A stretch of 62,601 nucleotides of DNA, filler included, from Stramenopiles sp. TOSAG23-3 (Eukaryota): assembly GCA_900128585.1 (NCBI GenBank). It is 7 parts of 7 records of this genome, joined end to end, with 100 filler letters (N's around TTAATTAATTAA, not from the genome) between each part and the next. Parts side by side here need not be neighbours in the genome. Positions count along the whole stretch, not along the records: positions 26,898 to 35,753 come from LT642975.1; positions 35,854 to 44,706 come from LT642976.1; 5 more parts are not named here. The stretch is one strand, 5' to 3'. The position numbers and the translations under genes were made by a program. Below the pieces are notes generated by a model. It was not told the origin of the DNA, did not search any database, and saw nothing but the letters and a program-made list of their open reading frames with translations. Shown piece after piece: positions 30,782 to 41,875 of the stretch (position 1 is its first letter; every line of letters starts with the position of its first letter).

Positions 30782-32335
30782 ATGCCGTTGTTGGAGGAAA
30801 AGGAGCTTGCACGTTTGGAAAAGTACCAAGACAACATATCGAACGGGTCGCTGTCTACGCGGTTGTTCCACCCATTGCTAGTCTACGTAACGTCGTTCAT
30901 TCCGGACTATGTCGCGCCGAACGTCATTTCGCTCTGCAGCGCCCTGTGCACCCTGCAAGCTGCGTTTTTGTGCTACAACCACATGGAAAACAAGCCGGTA
31001 AGCGTTAGCATCGCGTCTGGGGTGTTGATCTTTTTGTCCTGGTTGATGGACTCCGTGGACGAGATACACGCGAAGAAGATCGAGAACGACACGGTGCTTA
31101 CTACGTTTTTTGACAGCGCGTGCGCGAGCGTCAGCGCCGTGTTCTTGCCCTTTGTGATCTGCAGCATCATGGGGTTCCAAGGGGTCATGACGGTGTGGTA
31201 CCTTTGCCAAGCGTTGCAGTTGGTGATCTTGAACCACCATATATATGGGTTTTTAAACCGCAAGCTTGTGTTTTACATGCTGACCGGTCCCGGGGATTTC
31301 ATCATTGCGTTGTGCATTATGATCTTTACGCGCGCCTACTTTGGCCTGAGCGTGTTTTTGACGGCCTACCACTTCCTCTTGAACCTGACCCATTCGGCGT
31401 TCGGGGAATTCGAGCACCCGGTGTGGGACGAGTCGAACCCAGAAAAGTCTATGGAACAGGTCTCCCGGGCAATTTACAGCATCATGATGGTCGTTACGTT
31501 CGTCCGCCTGCTGATGTTCCCGGCGAAGCATTCGAGCACACGGAACGGGCTCATCTTTTGCCTGCTCTACCGGCTGGTCCCGGCCGGGATCGTCACCCTC
31601 TTCGACAGCCCTGTCGGGTTGGTGGACGCCCTGTGCGACGGGCTGTTCTTCTCGATCGTCACCTGCGACTTGATCGTCGCCAAGATGGCAGAGCGTGAGC
31701 TCCACCCGTGGATCCTGGTGTTTGCAATGTTTAGTATCTTTAGTCTCTTTGCAATCCTTTCCTCGTTCTTGCTGTACTTTGGCCTAATTCTGTCGGCGAT
31801 CTCGACCTTTACCCGGATCCCCCTCTTGAGCGTCTGCATCAACGTGTACGTCGATGGGGTGTACGACATGTGCCACTACGGCCACATGAAGAGTTACGAG
31901 CGCGCCGTCAAGCACGGCACGCGACTGTTCGTTGGGATATGCTCCGACAAGGACGTCATGGCGTACAAGCGCGCCCCGGTCATGACGACCCAGGAGCGGG
32001 CCCAAGTCGTGTCGCACTGCAAGTACGTCCACAAGGTCATCCCGAACTGCCCCGCCACGCGCGGGTCGCTTACCGAGGAATGGTTGAAGACGCACAACAT
32101 CCACATCGTTTGCCACGGGGAAGAGTACAATAGGGAGGATGACTTGTGGTACCAGCACCCCCGACGCTTAGGAATGACCCGGATCCTTCCCCGCACCTCG
32201 GGGGTCTCGACCAGCAACCTGATAAAGCGCATTCAAACGCGCTACGAGCAAGAGGGAGAGGATCGTCCAAAAGACATTTCCGAGTTTACCGCAAAGTTAA
32301 ACGCCAGCCCGACCGCAAGAAAACGAAAGAGTTGA
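30782..32335 (+). CDS. Fusion of a CEPT-like CDP-alcohol phosphotransferase domain and a choline/ethanolamine-phosphate cytidylyltransferase
   Basis: N-terminus has IPDYVAPNVIS and multiple TMs. C-terminus has VYVDGVYDMCHYGH, KRAPVMTTQER and RTSGVSTS. Confidence 0.85.
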   Translation: MPLLEEKELARLEKYQDNISNGSLSTRLFHPLLVYVTSFIPDYVAPNVISLCSALCTLQAAFLCYNHMENKPVSVSIASGVLIFLSWLMDSVDEIHAKKIENDTVLTTFFDSACASVSAVFLPFVICSIMGFQGVMTVWYLCQALQLVILNHHIYGFLNRKLVFYMLTGPGDFIIALCIMIFTRAYFGLSVFLTAYHFLLNLTHSAFGEFEHPVWDESNPEKSMEQVSRAIYSIMMVVTFVRLLMFPAKHSSTRNGLIFCLLYRLVPAGIVTLFDSPVGLVDALCDGLFFSIVTCDLIVAKMAERELHPWILVFAMFSIFSLFAILSSFLLYFGLILSAISTFTRIPLLSVCINVYVDGVYDMCHYGHMKSYERAVKHGTRLFVGICSDKDVMAYKRAPVMTTQERAQVVSHCKYVHKVIPNCPATRGSLTEEWLKTHNIHIVCHGEEYNREDDLWYQHPRRLGMTRILPRTSGVSTSNLIKRIQTRYEQEGEDRPKDISEFTAKLNASPTARKRKS

Positions 32336-33050
32336 CCAGGAAAGAGAGAACGAAGTCAAAACGTGCGGGGCGGGAGGGCGGGGCCGCGCTGGGGGCAGGG
32401 CGCGAGAAGACAGCCAGTAAACGAAAGAAAGGCAGTAAATCAAAGTTGTCGCCCATCTATGATATCATTCCCGCTTCACACACATTTTCGAAATGCCAAA
32501 ATATAATAGGATTAGGTAAAAAACCAAAATATATAGTATTAGGTAAACTTAGTATTTATTGAAAATGGCAAATACACAATTTTTTTGTTCTGGGAGAACA
32601 TTTGTATTAGCACATACTCATCAACACTCAACTTATAATACAATTCGCAAGCCATGGACGTTGCTGGTTTATCCCCCTCCTTCTTCAGACAAATGTTAAT
32701 CACAAAATCACAAACGAACGAAGCGTCAGCGCAAAAAAGAACGTTTTTTTGTTTCAAAAAAGAAGAAGAAATTTTTAAGTTAATTTGTTTTACATTATTG
32801 ATAGGTAATATTTGTAGTATAAAAACATTACAAGTACAACTTTAATAAATTCCACTTTTTTTTCAAAACAAAAAAGCAAACACGCAAAAGTAGTACAACA
32901 ATATAAAATAAAACCTGCCATTGCTGCTTGTGCGAACGTAAAGGAAAGGAAAACATATTGAAAAGTGGTAAGGGTTCGTTTCCTTTGCCATGTTCTATGT
33001 TCGTGGACGCCCGAGGCGTAGAATTGCACCGGCGCTGTTGATTTTGTACT

Positions 33051-33848
33051 ATGATGCTGGCAACCCAAAGGGAGGGCAATTACCAGGTAGAAAGCGTTGA
33101 AGATGGTGGTGCGGAGGTGGAAGTGGAACACGACTCGTCATCGTTGTCGTCCTTATTTCTTGGGTTTATAACGAAAGAAACGGGCTTGCTGTTGGCAGTG
33201 GCACGGTTTTTATCGACCGATATGATCGGGCGAATGATCTTTACGTGCAAAGAGATCCGAATGATCATTGAAGCCCCTAAGCACGATTACTTTTGGGAGC
33301 ACATTTGCAAGACCGTGTTTCAACCGCCAAGTTACCGCCTGGCCAACGCTTTGCCCGCGAACCGAAGCAGTTGGCGTTCTATATTTTTGAACCGGCCGTA
33401 TGCCAAGTTGGATGGTTTCTACGTCCAAAAGTACATGTACATTCGCCCCCGACAAGCCCCGTCGATGTGGGACGAAGTCCCCGCTGGCCACGTGTTGTAC
33501 GTACACCATTACCGCTACATTGCGTTTACCAACCGCAACGGCCAAGTCCTTTACGCGTGCTCGGCGGTGCCACCGCATAAGTTCGGCCGGGACTTTCACC
33601 CTGGTAACCGTCACGTTCGGGTAGGCCAGTACGCCGTCCGGCAGAACAAAATACAGATAGACCTTGGTCTTACGGAGAATGAAACCCTTGACGTTGTGCT
33701 GCAGACAAGTGTGAATGGGTGGCGGTTGACCACAAAAAAACATGAGATTTTGCGTACCTCCACGGACGTGTTCCAGCAGGTGCGTCAGCTCCCAAGCCTT
33801 ATCGTGGAGAAACCAGGCCAGCACTGGAACTTTCACCGTGTCTTGTAA
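33051..33848 (+). CDS. F-box only protein 9-like
   Basis: Degenerate F-box followed by WRSIFLNRPYAKLDGFYVQKYMYIR and VHHYRYIAF. Confidence 0.75.
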   Translation: MMLATQREGNYQVESVEDGGAEVEVEHDSSSLSSLFLGFITKETGLLLAVARFLSTDMIGRMIFTCKEIRMIIEAPKHDYFWEHICKTVFQPPSYRLANALPANRSSWRSIFLNRPYAKLDGFYVQKYMYIRPRQAPSMWDEVPAGHVLYVHHYRYIAFTNRNGQVLYACSAVPPHKFGRDFHPGNRHVRVGQYAVRQNKIQIDLGLTENETLDVVLQTSVNGWRLTTKKHEILRTSTDVFQQVRQLPSLIVEKPGQHWNFHRVL

Positions 33849-34213
33849 AGGGAGATGATCGCCGGGCAGGATTGATTGCGTAAGGGCGAAGGAGGGGTGC
33901 AGCGAGGACCGATATATACACACAAATTCATACCACACTCTAATGTTTTAAAAGTATACATGTTAAAATAATTTGTTTAAATCTCAGGAGCAGAGATGCC
34001 TTCGCAGTATGTTAAGTATGATATATGAAGGCGATACATTTTAATCTCGACACTTTTTAAAAATAACAGAGCCAATTTTTTGCTTTGCATTCAAATGTGT
34101 GAGCAGAAGAGAACGTTTTACCCTTAGTTTATTTGAGCACCTGAGTGAGTGAGTGCCAAATAATATATATGCCATGCCATGGTAATTGCACGCTCCATTC
34201 AGGCCATCTCCAT

Positions 34214-35176
34214 TCAGGCCATCTCGGTGGGGTCCCATCCCGTAGTAAAATGTTCGTCCATCCCATCCAAGGCCGCCATGTCCTTTTCATTGAGTCCAAA
34301 GTTGAACACGTTGGCGTTTTCTTTGATTCGCCCGGGATTCACGCTCTTTGGAAGGGCAATGTACCCGCGTTGAAGGCTCCATCGAATAAGGATCTGTGCC
34401 TCCGACTTGTTGTACTTTTTTGCCATTGCAAGAAGGACGGGGTGCCCGAACTTCTGTGCCTTTGCCAACGGCGAGTAAGCCTCGACCCGGATCGTATTGA
34501 ACGCGCAAAACTCCGCGATCTCGTCCCGAAGCAAAAATGGATGAAGTTCGATCTGGTTCACCGCGGGGGGGATCGTCCCTTGCTCCAAAACTTCTTGAAT
34601 ATGGTGCACCCCATAGTTTGACACCCCAATCGATCGTACCGTTCCCTCCCCAACCAATTCTTCCATCGCCCGCCACATTTCCATCCGTTCAGACGGGTTG
34701 TGCGGGGAGTGGATCAAGTACAGGTCAATGTACCCAATGTTCAATTTCTCCAAACTTTTCGCCGCTTCCGCCTTCGCAAAAGTGTACCCATCTTCGCCGT
34801 CCTTTAACGAAAGGTTCCAAAGTTTTGTGGTGACAAATATCTCCTCCCTGGGTATCTGCGAGTCACGAACCGCACGGCCGACGTCCTCCTCGTTCCGGTA
34901 CAACGCGGCAGTGTCAATATGCCGATATCCCATTCGAAGCGCTTGAAGCACCGCTTTGTATGTCGTCTCCCCCGGTTCGCTCTGGTAAACCCCTAACGCA
35001 AAGACAGGGATATGGTGCCCACTGTTCAATTCAACCGAACTGTCAGTGACCGTGTTACCAGGAACAGTACAACTTTTCCCGCTCGCTGCGCATTCGGTTT
35101 GAAACGACATTGCAACAGTAATAAGCAACGAAGAAGCAACGAAGAGAACGAGCAACAACTGAAGTTCAGTCCGCAT
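34214..35176 (-). CDS. Aldo-keto reductase with an N-terminal hydrophobic leader
   Basis: GYRHIDTAALYRNEEDVG, IFVTTKLW, DLYLIHSP, IGVSNY and LPKS. Leader is MRTELQLLLVLFVASSLLITVA. Confidence 0.92.
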   Translation of the reverse strand: MRTELQLLLVLFVASSLLITVAMSFQTECAASGKSCTVPGNTVTDSSVELNSGHHIPVFALGVYQSEPGETTYKAVLQALRMGYRHIDTAALYRNEEDVGRAVRDSQIPREEIFVTTKLWNLSLKDGEDGYTFAKAEAAKSLEKLNIGYIDLYLIHSPHNPSERMEMWRAMEELVGEGTVRSIGVSNYGVHHIQEVLEQGTIPPAVNQIELHPFLLRDEIAEFCAFNTIRVEAYSPLAKAQKFGHPVLLAMAKKYNKSEAQILIRWSLQRGYIALPKSVNPGRIKENANVFNFGLNEKDMAALDGMDEHFTTGWDPTEMA

Positions 35177-35563
35177 GTGAAGGAGGAGGCGTAGAACGAA
35201 CGGAAAGGAATGAGACGGGTTTCTAGAATTCAAATGGAATGAAACGATTCGTCTGTGATTGGTTGTCGCCGTTTTGGTTTGTTTTTCTTTTTTAGCGTAG
35301 AACGTAGAACATTCATTTCCATTGTTGTCCAATCCAAAAATCCGTTCTTTCAATCTTTCAATTCAATTCAATTATTCTTCGGAGGCGCCGCCGCCGAAGA
35401 AAGAAAGAAGAAGAAGAAGAAACAATTTAAAAAATAAAAAAAACAACGATAGGTAATTATGGGATGTATTTAACATATGAATAATACTGAAGTAAATGTT
35501 TAAATAGGAATTAATAGAATAAGAATAAGCTTTTAGATTTACTTTTAAGAATTAAAAAGTTAA

Positions 35564-35753
35564 TTAAATGTCGAAGTTATCCGGATCCTTTCCTTTTTCC
35601 CTCCAAACTCTTTTTAATTTGGTTTTTAATTCTTCAGATGAGATATTGGGGTTCTCATCCAAATAAAGATAACGCAATGATTGTAACGAATCATTCTCAA
35701 TTAACTCAAGAAGACATTGACAACCAACATTACCAATCTTATTATCAGACAAA
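35564..35753 (-). CDS. C-terminal fragment of a leucine-rich-repeat protein
   Basis: SDNKIGNVGCQCL...LRYLYLDENPNIS is an RI-like LRR. Truncated by the contig edge. Confidence 0.65.
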
Positions 35754-35853
35754 NNNNNNNNNNNNNNNNNNNNNNNNNNNNNNNNNNNNNNNNNNNNTTA
35801 ATTAATTAANNNNNNNNNNNNNNNNNNNNNNNNNNNNNNNNNNNNNNNNNNNN
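35754..35853. other. Artificial contig linker
   Basis: N44-TTAATTAATTAA-N44. Confidence 0.98.
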
Positions 35854-36133
35854 AGAAGAAGAAGAAAAAAGAAGAAGATAAAAGAAGAAGAAGAAGAAAG
35901 AAGAAAAAAGAAGAAGATAAAAGAAGAAGAAGAAAGAAGAAGAAGAAGAAGAAGAAAGAAGAAGAAGATAAAATGGGAAGAAGATAAAATGGGAAGAAGA
36001 TAAAATGGGAAGAAGATAAAAAGAAGAAGAAGATAAAAAGAAGAAGAAGATAAAAAAGAAGAAGATAAAAGAAGATATTAATAAAAGAAGAAGAAGAAAG
36101 AAAGAAGAAGAAAGAAAGAAGAAGAAGAGAGAA
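35854..36133. repeat. (GAA)n-rich simple repeat at contig end
   Basis: Seen directly. Confidence 0.95.
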
Positions 36134-36672
36134 GGTTTATTATCACCACCAACTTCATCATGCTATTTCAATTTAATAATTTAATTAATTTTTGTATTCA
36201 GTACACTTAAATTATTTCGAAGTCTAAATTTTCTCTTCTTCTATCTTCTCATAATATTCACGCACAAGAAAAAAATAAAATGGACGACATACACAGCATT
36301 AAAAAAAAATAAAGAAAATAGTAGAGAAGAAGAAATAATCTAAATAATAATAATAAAATAAAATTTTAATAATAATACTACAGTATAATACATACACTGT
36401 ATAATAAAAATAATAATAAAAAACGGGCTGTTGTTGTTGTTGTTTGTTATAATATTATTATTATTATACCGGTAGTAATAGTTAATATTAATAAATGTGT
36501 GTGGTGCATTGATTGAGTATGTATATGTATACGTCTATTATTCTCTCATGTTTAGGATTTTTTCTCTTTTTTATTCAAGGTAGAAGAAGAAGTAGTAGAA
36601 GGAGGTTTTCAGCACGTTTTATCTCCCTTCCCATCCTGCATATATACAGAAGGACCGAAGAGACAGACGACG

Positions 36673-38764
36673 ATGGGGAACGAAAGCTCGAAAGCCCACA
36701 CGCACGGGCTGCACTTTACTGCAAAAACGGAGCAGGACCCGAGCAACGGGCAGTTGAAAAAGGTAGCGGCAATATGCGTTGAATTTGACGGTCTGGCGTT
36801 CGTAAACAAGAAGGGGAAAATACTCTTCCGTCCCCCGTTTAAGCAAATTACCGGCTGGGGGTCGTCCAAGAACGGGAAAAAGATCAGCTTCCAGTTTGAG
36901 GGCAACAAGACGGGGACCTTCGCGGTCTCGAACGCAAAGGTGTTGGAGCGCGCCATTCTCGTTCGGCTGGACGTCTTCCGGTCGTCGGACAAGTTTGCGG
37001 CCAACACGGTGACAGACCCTAGCAAGAAGTTCCCCAAGGAGGTCATACTTCACGTCCGCAGCGAAGGTCTAGTTATATCGGACGCGACGCAGCGGGAAAA
37101 GACGCGCCTGATTGAATTCGTCATGCTGGAAGGGTGGGGGGTCCACGGGGCCCACGAGCTGGTGCTCCAAACCCGGGACAAGTCAAGGTACTGCTTCTTC
37201 ACCGAGGATGCCAGCGCCGTCGTTCGAAAGCTAGACGACGTGGCGAAGATGGTGACCCGCAGCATGACCGCCGCTGGGAAGCCCGTGCGGCACTCCGTTG
37301 TCGAAGCCTTCCACGCCGAGGACGAGGAGGTCCTCGACATTACCCCGGCGATCGTGGTGGAGAACCCGTTCGGCCCAAAGGTCTTGCCACGGAACGTGGC
37401 CTTGAGGATCCTTGATGGCCAGGGGCTGCGCATCCTTGGGGTCGGTTCGAACAAAAAGGTGACCATCCAGTTCACGTCCCTGCACCGCTTCGGTCACACG
37501 GGGGGCGGGAACATCTCGTTTGTCCTGACGGAGGCGAAGGGCGGCCATACTATCGTCGTCAGGGCGGAAAGCGAAGGGGCCGCGACGAAATTCTGTAACA
37601 GGTTGGGGGGAAAAGCTTCAAGAGGTGGCCACCGGGCAATCAAACTCGTACAACCACGCCGCGCCGCCGGTCCCCCGAGGGATCGCGCAGGTCGGGGCCA
37701 TAAAGGCCCGTCGGCTCTCGGGGTCCTCCGGCCAAGATTTGCAGAAATTGGCTGCCCTGTCCCTGGCCGGGCAGCAAATGCTCGCCGGCGCCGCGAACGC
37801 GGGCAGTGCGGTCGCCGCGGAGGTGGAAGTGGTGGACGACTTTGTCATGGAGGGGATGAGCGGACGAAATGCAGAGCTGCTGGGCCTGCCCGATAAAATC
37901 GTCCTGTGCGTCGAAACGGCAGGGCGCTTGTCGATCGTCAACCGCGAAGCCAACAAAATCTGCGCCTTCTGGAGCCTGGCCGATATTGCCGGGTGGCAGG
38001 CACTGGACGACTCGGAAATCTTGATCGTCCTTCCCCAGGGCAAAGTTACGTTCTTCGTGGAAGATGCCGAGGTGCTGGCGACGGTCCTGGAGGACGTGTG
38101 CGTGGCGTTCACCCAGTCCCTGGCCTTTGAACAAGCACAGGAAATGAGGAGGGCCTCGACCGCCAACCCTCTCCGTGCGCCGGCCGCGCCTCAGTCCCCA
38201 GCCCCCAGTGCCCCCCCGGCGGCGCAGTCCAAGTTCATACTGTTCACCATCCCCCCCAACGTAAAGGTCGGGCAGACCATTACTGTGAAGAACGCCGACG
38301 GCAATGGGACGGACATGACAGTGCGAATCCCGCCAGGGGTCACCGCAGGGCAACAGATAAAAGTTCCCCTTCCGGCCACGGCGCAGTCAAAGACCATTAA
38401 GTTTACTATTCAGAAGGGCATGAAGGCCGGTCAAAAGTTCACTGTTAAGAACCCAGACGGGAAGGACATCAGCTTCGTGCTGCCTCCTGGCTTGAAAGCA
38501 GGGGATGTCTTTGAAGTCAAGATTCCTGGAGGAGGAAGTAGTAGCGCAGAAAAGAACCCGGTCCAGTTCACGACCAGGAGGGAAGCAAGCGTGCTCACGC
38601 TGACCGTCCCGCCGCAGTTTAACATGAAAAAGGGTGACCGGCTGCAAATTAAGTACAAAGGGAAGAAAATGTTTGTCAAGATCCCACCTGGCGTTGGCCC
38701 TGGACAAAAATTTCAGTGCAACATACCAACAGAGAAGCAGATGAACCGTGCGAAAGCAGTGTGA
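36673..38764 (+). CDS. Single gene split by a 1-nt frameshift: putative myristoylated protein with PH-like repeats and C-terminal IPPG repeats
   Basis: MGNESS start and repeated I.GW..F modules in both ORFs. Deleting one G from the run at 37605-37610 gives RLGEKLQEVATG and a 696-aa protein. Confidence 0.65.
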
Positions 38765-39329
38765 GTGAAAAAATAACGGAAGGGATGATAGACACTAAAC
38801 ATAATAAATAACAACAACAAAAATTCTTCTTCTTTGGTTGTTAATAATAATGTATAACAAGTTATAAGTAATAAATAGTAAACGAAAGATTTTTTAAGTT
38901 TTTGCGATAATAAAATTCAACGTTTTTGTACTTGTAATATTTTAATCTATATAAATTGGTAGAGTAAAAATCAACTAAACCAGAGAATTACCCTTCTTCC
39001 ATCCACCGTTCTTTTTTTCTTCTTCTTCTTCTTCTCTCCTCTTCTCCTCTCCTCTTCTTCTTCTTCTTCTTCTTCTCTGAATTGTTGTGTTGTTTGTTGT
39101 GGTAGTAATAATAATATTTATTATTATTACGTTTGGTAATTCGAAGAACAGTATATAGATAGAGATTATTATTATTTATTACTATTGTTCTGGGAAAGAA
39201 GAACAGCCTACTTTCTTTTTTTAACCATAAGAGTTCTGTCTGAATAAAACATTTTGTTTCATTCTTTCTTTGTAGTGATCTTGAATTTTTTTCTCCTCTG
39301 GGTTCGCGTGCCTTGATCTCAAAAAAAGC

Positions 39330-41345
39330 ATGAGCCGCGACGACGAAGAAGGGGATATCGAAATGCAGGCCAGCCGCCGGTCGGTGCCGTCTTCATTTTT
39401 CTCCCATTCCACTGATAAACGGGCTCTTAGGGATGAAGCAATGTCAGAATTGAAATTTAAACCAGGCATATTTTTTCGCACCATAATCTACGAATCGTTT
39501 GTGTTTCCATTGCCCTTGATATTGTGCACATTGATGGAAAACTCGCATTCTGCTGCCAACCGCAGCTTTCGGTTTGGCGGATCGGGCGGCCCCTTTCTTC
39601 TTGTTCTTTGGTCTGGATTTGTATGCATGATTCTAGGTCTCCTCGACTTGTCGGACGAGGTGACAGTGTACACCGCGCTCACGTGCATTATTTGCACACT
39701 GTCGAGAGCCTTTACGTTGGCCGTCAAGTACGCGTTTTACGGAAATCTTGATATATACGGGGGGCACGGTCTCCTCAACCAGTCCTATACTCACACAGAT
39801 CGCATGCAACAGAAGTTAATGAGTGTGTTTTTCTACGCAAACGCTGTTGATTTGAACCTCCTGGCCCATGTAGAAGAAATATACGCAACTTGCCTGCGGC
39901 TGGACGTTGACTTGCAACATATGGAACTTGACCTTGGCTCGAAGGAAATCGCTCAGCAAGTATTTACGGAAATCAAAGCGATCCGCAAGTCATTGTCTGG
40001 TTGGCAAAAGGGTGTGGAGGAAAAGGTTGAGAAGCGCATGAGGAAGAAGACGCAAAAGTCGGCGAAAAAACTGGATGGGGGCACCGAGGAAAAGGTTCCA
40101 GCGGTAAACGGTCTGCCTTCAGGCTCGCACGAAGCCGTGCACTCAAAGTACGTCGTAACGGGCGCCATGGTGGTCGAAGAGGGTGCGACCGTAAGTGAGG
40201 CGGGGCACGAGGAGACGAAGGGCGGAGGCGAGCGGATCGCTCTAACAATGAACAAATACGCTGAAAATGCAGAAAAGGACTTGTTCTACAGGCTTGGAAT
40301 GCACTTCAGCAATGACGAATCTGTTCAAGAGCAGGTCGAAAGGGGCTGTGTGCCTGCGACATACATGGCAATCCTTTGTGAGCGAAGAGGGTACTACCTT
40401 GGAAATATTTGGGGCTACGAGTTCTTCGGGTGCTTCTTTGTCCTGTCGTCTTTGGTCAATCTAATCCCTGCGTTCATCCGTATCGGGATGGGCCAAGCAG
40501 CAATGGGGACAACTCACATCAGCAAATTTCTTCACGCCGGCCAATTCCTACAAATGGATTTCATGTGGTGGCTCATATTTTACTATGCCCATTCTCCTGT
40601 CCTTGCTTCCTATGGCAGGCTGCGGTTCAAGAAAAGTGTCACTAGCTTGATTTCAAGCAGTGGCATGAAGTTTGTGCTGGGGAAAGCAGCGGCCGGAAAC
40701 GAGGTTGGTAATTCTGCGCCCGCGGCTGTGGGAAACGGCATTAAAGAAAACGTTGCGTATTGTCGGCTGGATTTGACCAACGAACGGAACGTAGTGGCAT
40801 GGAATGCTATTCGCCACATGTCCCATCACTACGCTGCACCGATGCGTATGAAATTAAATATTTATGGAGTCATCTCTCTGGCTACAGTTTTTTTAATTAC
40901 TGCTATGCCCACGATCGGGGTCACCGTATTTGGCATTGGCACGTTCCCAATACCCGAACATGTCGGGAATATTGTACGGGCGCTGCTGGTTGGGTTTTCG
41001 CTGATTTTTTCCACGCTGTATGCATACTTTGTAGACTACTACGACATGCATATACGCGACGCGGTGTCTCGAAACCAGCAGCATGTCCAAGCGGAACTTG
41101 CCCATGCAAGCGCTGCCGACCAGGCTCGAATCGGCAGGCTGCGGAATTGCAATATGATGTTGACAACGACGTTGAAACAAATATCAGTGGCTCACAAAGC
41201 ACATCCTGAGAAAGTTTTGATGCTGCGGGCGGATCCAGCCGTTTGTTCGCTGATTGTTACCATTTTGAGCGCGGCGTTGATCTTCGATGTGATACGCTTG
41301 CAAAACAGTGTTGAAGGCTATCGTCAGGACAAAATCGGGGTGTAA
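39330..41345 (+). CDS. Uncharacterised multi-pass membrane protein
   Basis: 671-aa ORF with several TM clusters. Confidence 0.8.
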   Translation: MSRDDEEGDIEMQASRRSVPSSFFSHSTDKRALRDEAMSELKFKPGIFFRTIIYESFVFPLPLILCTLMENSHSAANRSFRFGGSGGPFLLVLWSGFVCMILGLLDLSDEVTVYTALTCIICTLSRAFTLAVKYAFYGNLDIYGGHGLLNQSYTHTDRMQQKLMSVFFYANAVDLNLLAHVEEIYATCLRLDVDLQHMELDLGSKEIAQQVFTEIKAIRKSLSGWQKGVEEKVEKRMRKKTQKSAKKLDGGTEEKVPAVNGLPSGSHEAVHSKYVVTGAMVVEEGATVSEAGHEETKGGGERIALTMNKYAENAEKDLFYRLGMHFSNDESVQEQVERGCVPATYMAILCERRGYYLGNIWGYEFFGCFFVLSSLVNLIPAFIRIGMGQAAMGTTHISKFLHAGQFLQMDFMWWLIFYYAHSPVLASYGRLRFKKSVTSLISSSGMKFVLGKAAAGNEVGNSAPAAVGNGIKENVAYCRLDLTNERNVVAWNAIRHMSHHYAAPMRMKLNIYGVISLATVFLITAMPTIGVTVFGIGTFPIPEHVGNIVRALLVGFSLIFSTLYAYFVDYYDMHIRDAVSRNQQHVQAELAHASAADQARIGRLRNCNMMLTTTLKQISVAHKAHPEKVLMLRADPAVCSLIVTILSAALIFDVIRLQNSVEGYRQDKIGV

Positions 41346-41440
41346 GAAAGAACGGGTGGAGGGAAGGAAGAAGAAATATGTTTTATTTATATAGGGTATA
41401 TGATATCAACATAAAAACAAAAAATTAGCTTTCATATATT

Positions 41441-41680
41441 ATAGAAACAAGAAAAATTGGCTGTTATTTTATAGTAATGTTCATGAGGAAGCTAAATTTA
41501 ATTACTTAAATAACAGCCAATTTTCTTGTTTTTATTTTATAGTAATTTAAAATTAAAGAAAAAAGAAGGTGTCAGTTCAAGAACAATATCTCCTCCTATT
41601 GCAGATCCTCCCCAAGTTCTGGTCAGCGGCATAAATGTTTTAAAGGGGCTCGTTGTCTGTGGTACTGCTCAATGAAATAA
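41441..41680. repeat. Rearranged copy of the 12383-12534 segment, including an inverted pair of the post-stop motif
   Basis: 41610-41680 is the reverse complement of 12440-12534 lacking about 23 nt. 41532-41569 matches the reverse complement of 12383-12420. Confidence 0.8.
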
Positions 41681-41875
41681 TGATCGGTATTGACTTTGAT
41701 CGTTTCGTGGTCGTATACACATACAGATCATATATATATTTTTAAAATTTTAATTCATCTCAATGTCAACAACAAATATCTTGTGAAGATACTCTTAGAG
41801 GTAAAATAAACGCGCGCTCTATCAAGAAGATAAAATGATAAAGCCAATTTTCTTGTTTTAAAAAAATCTTTCCTC

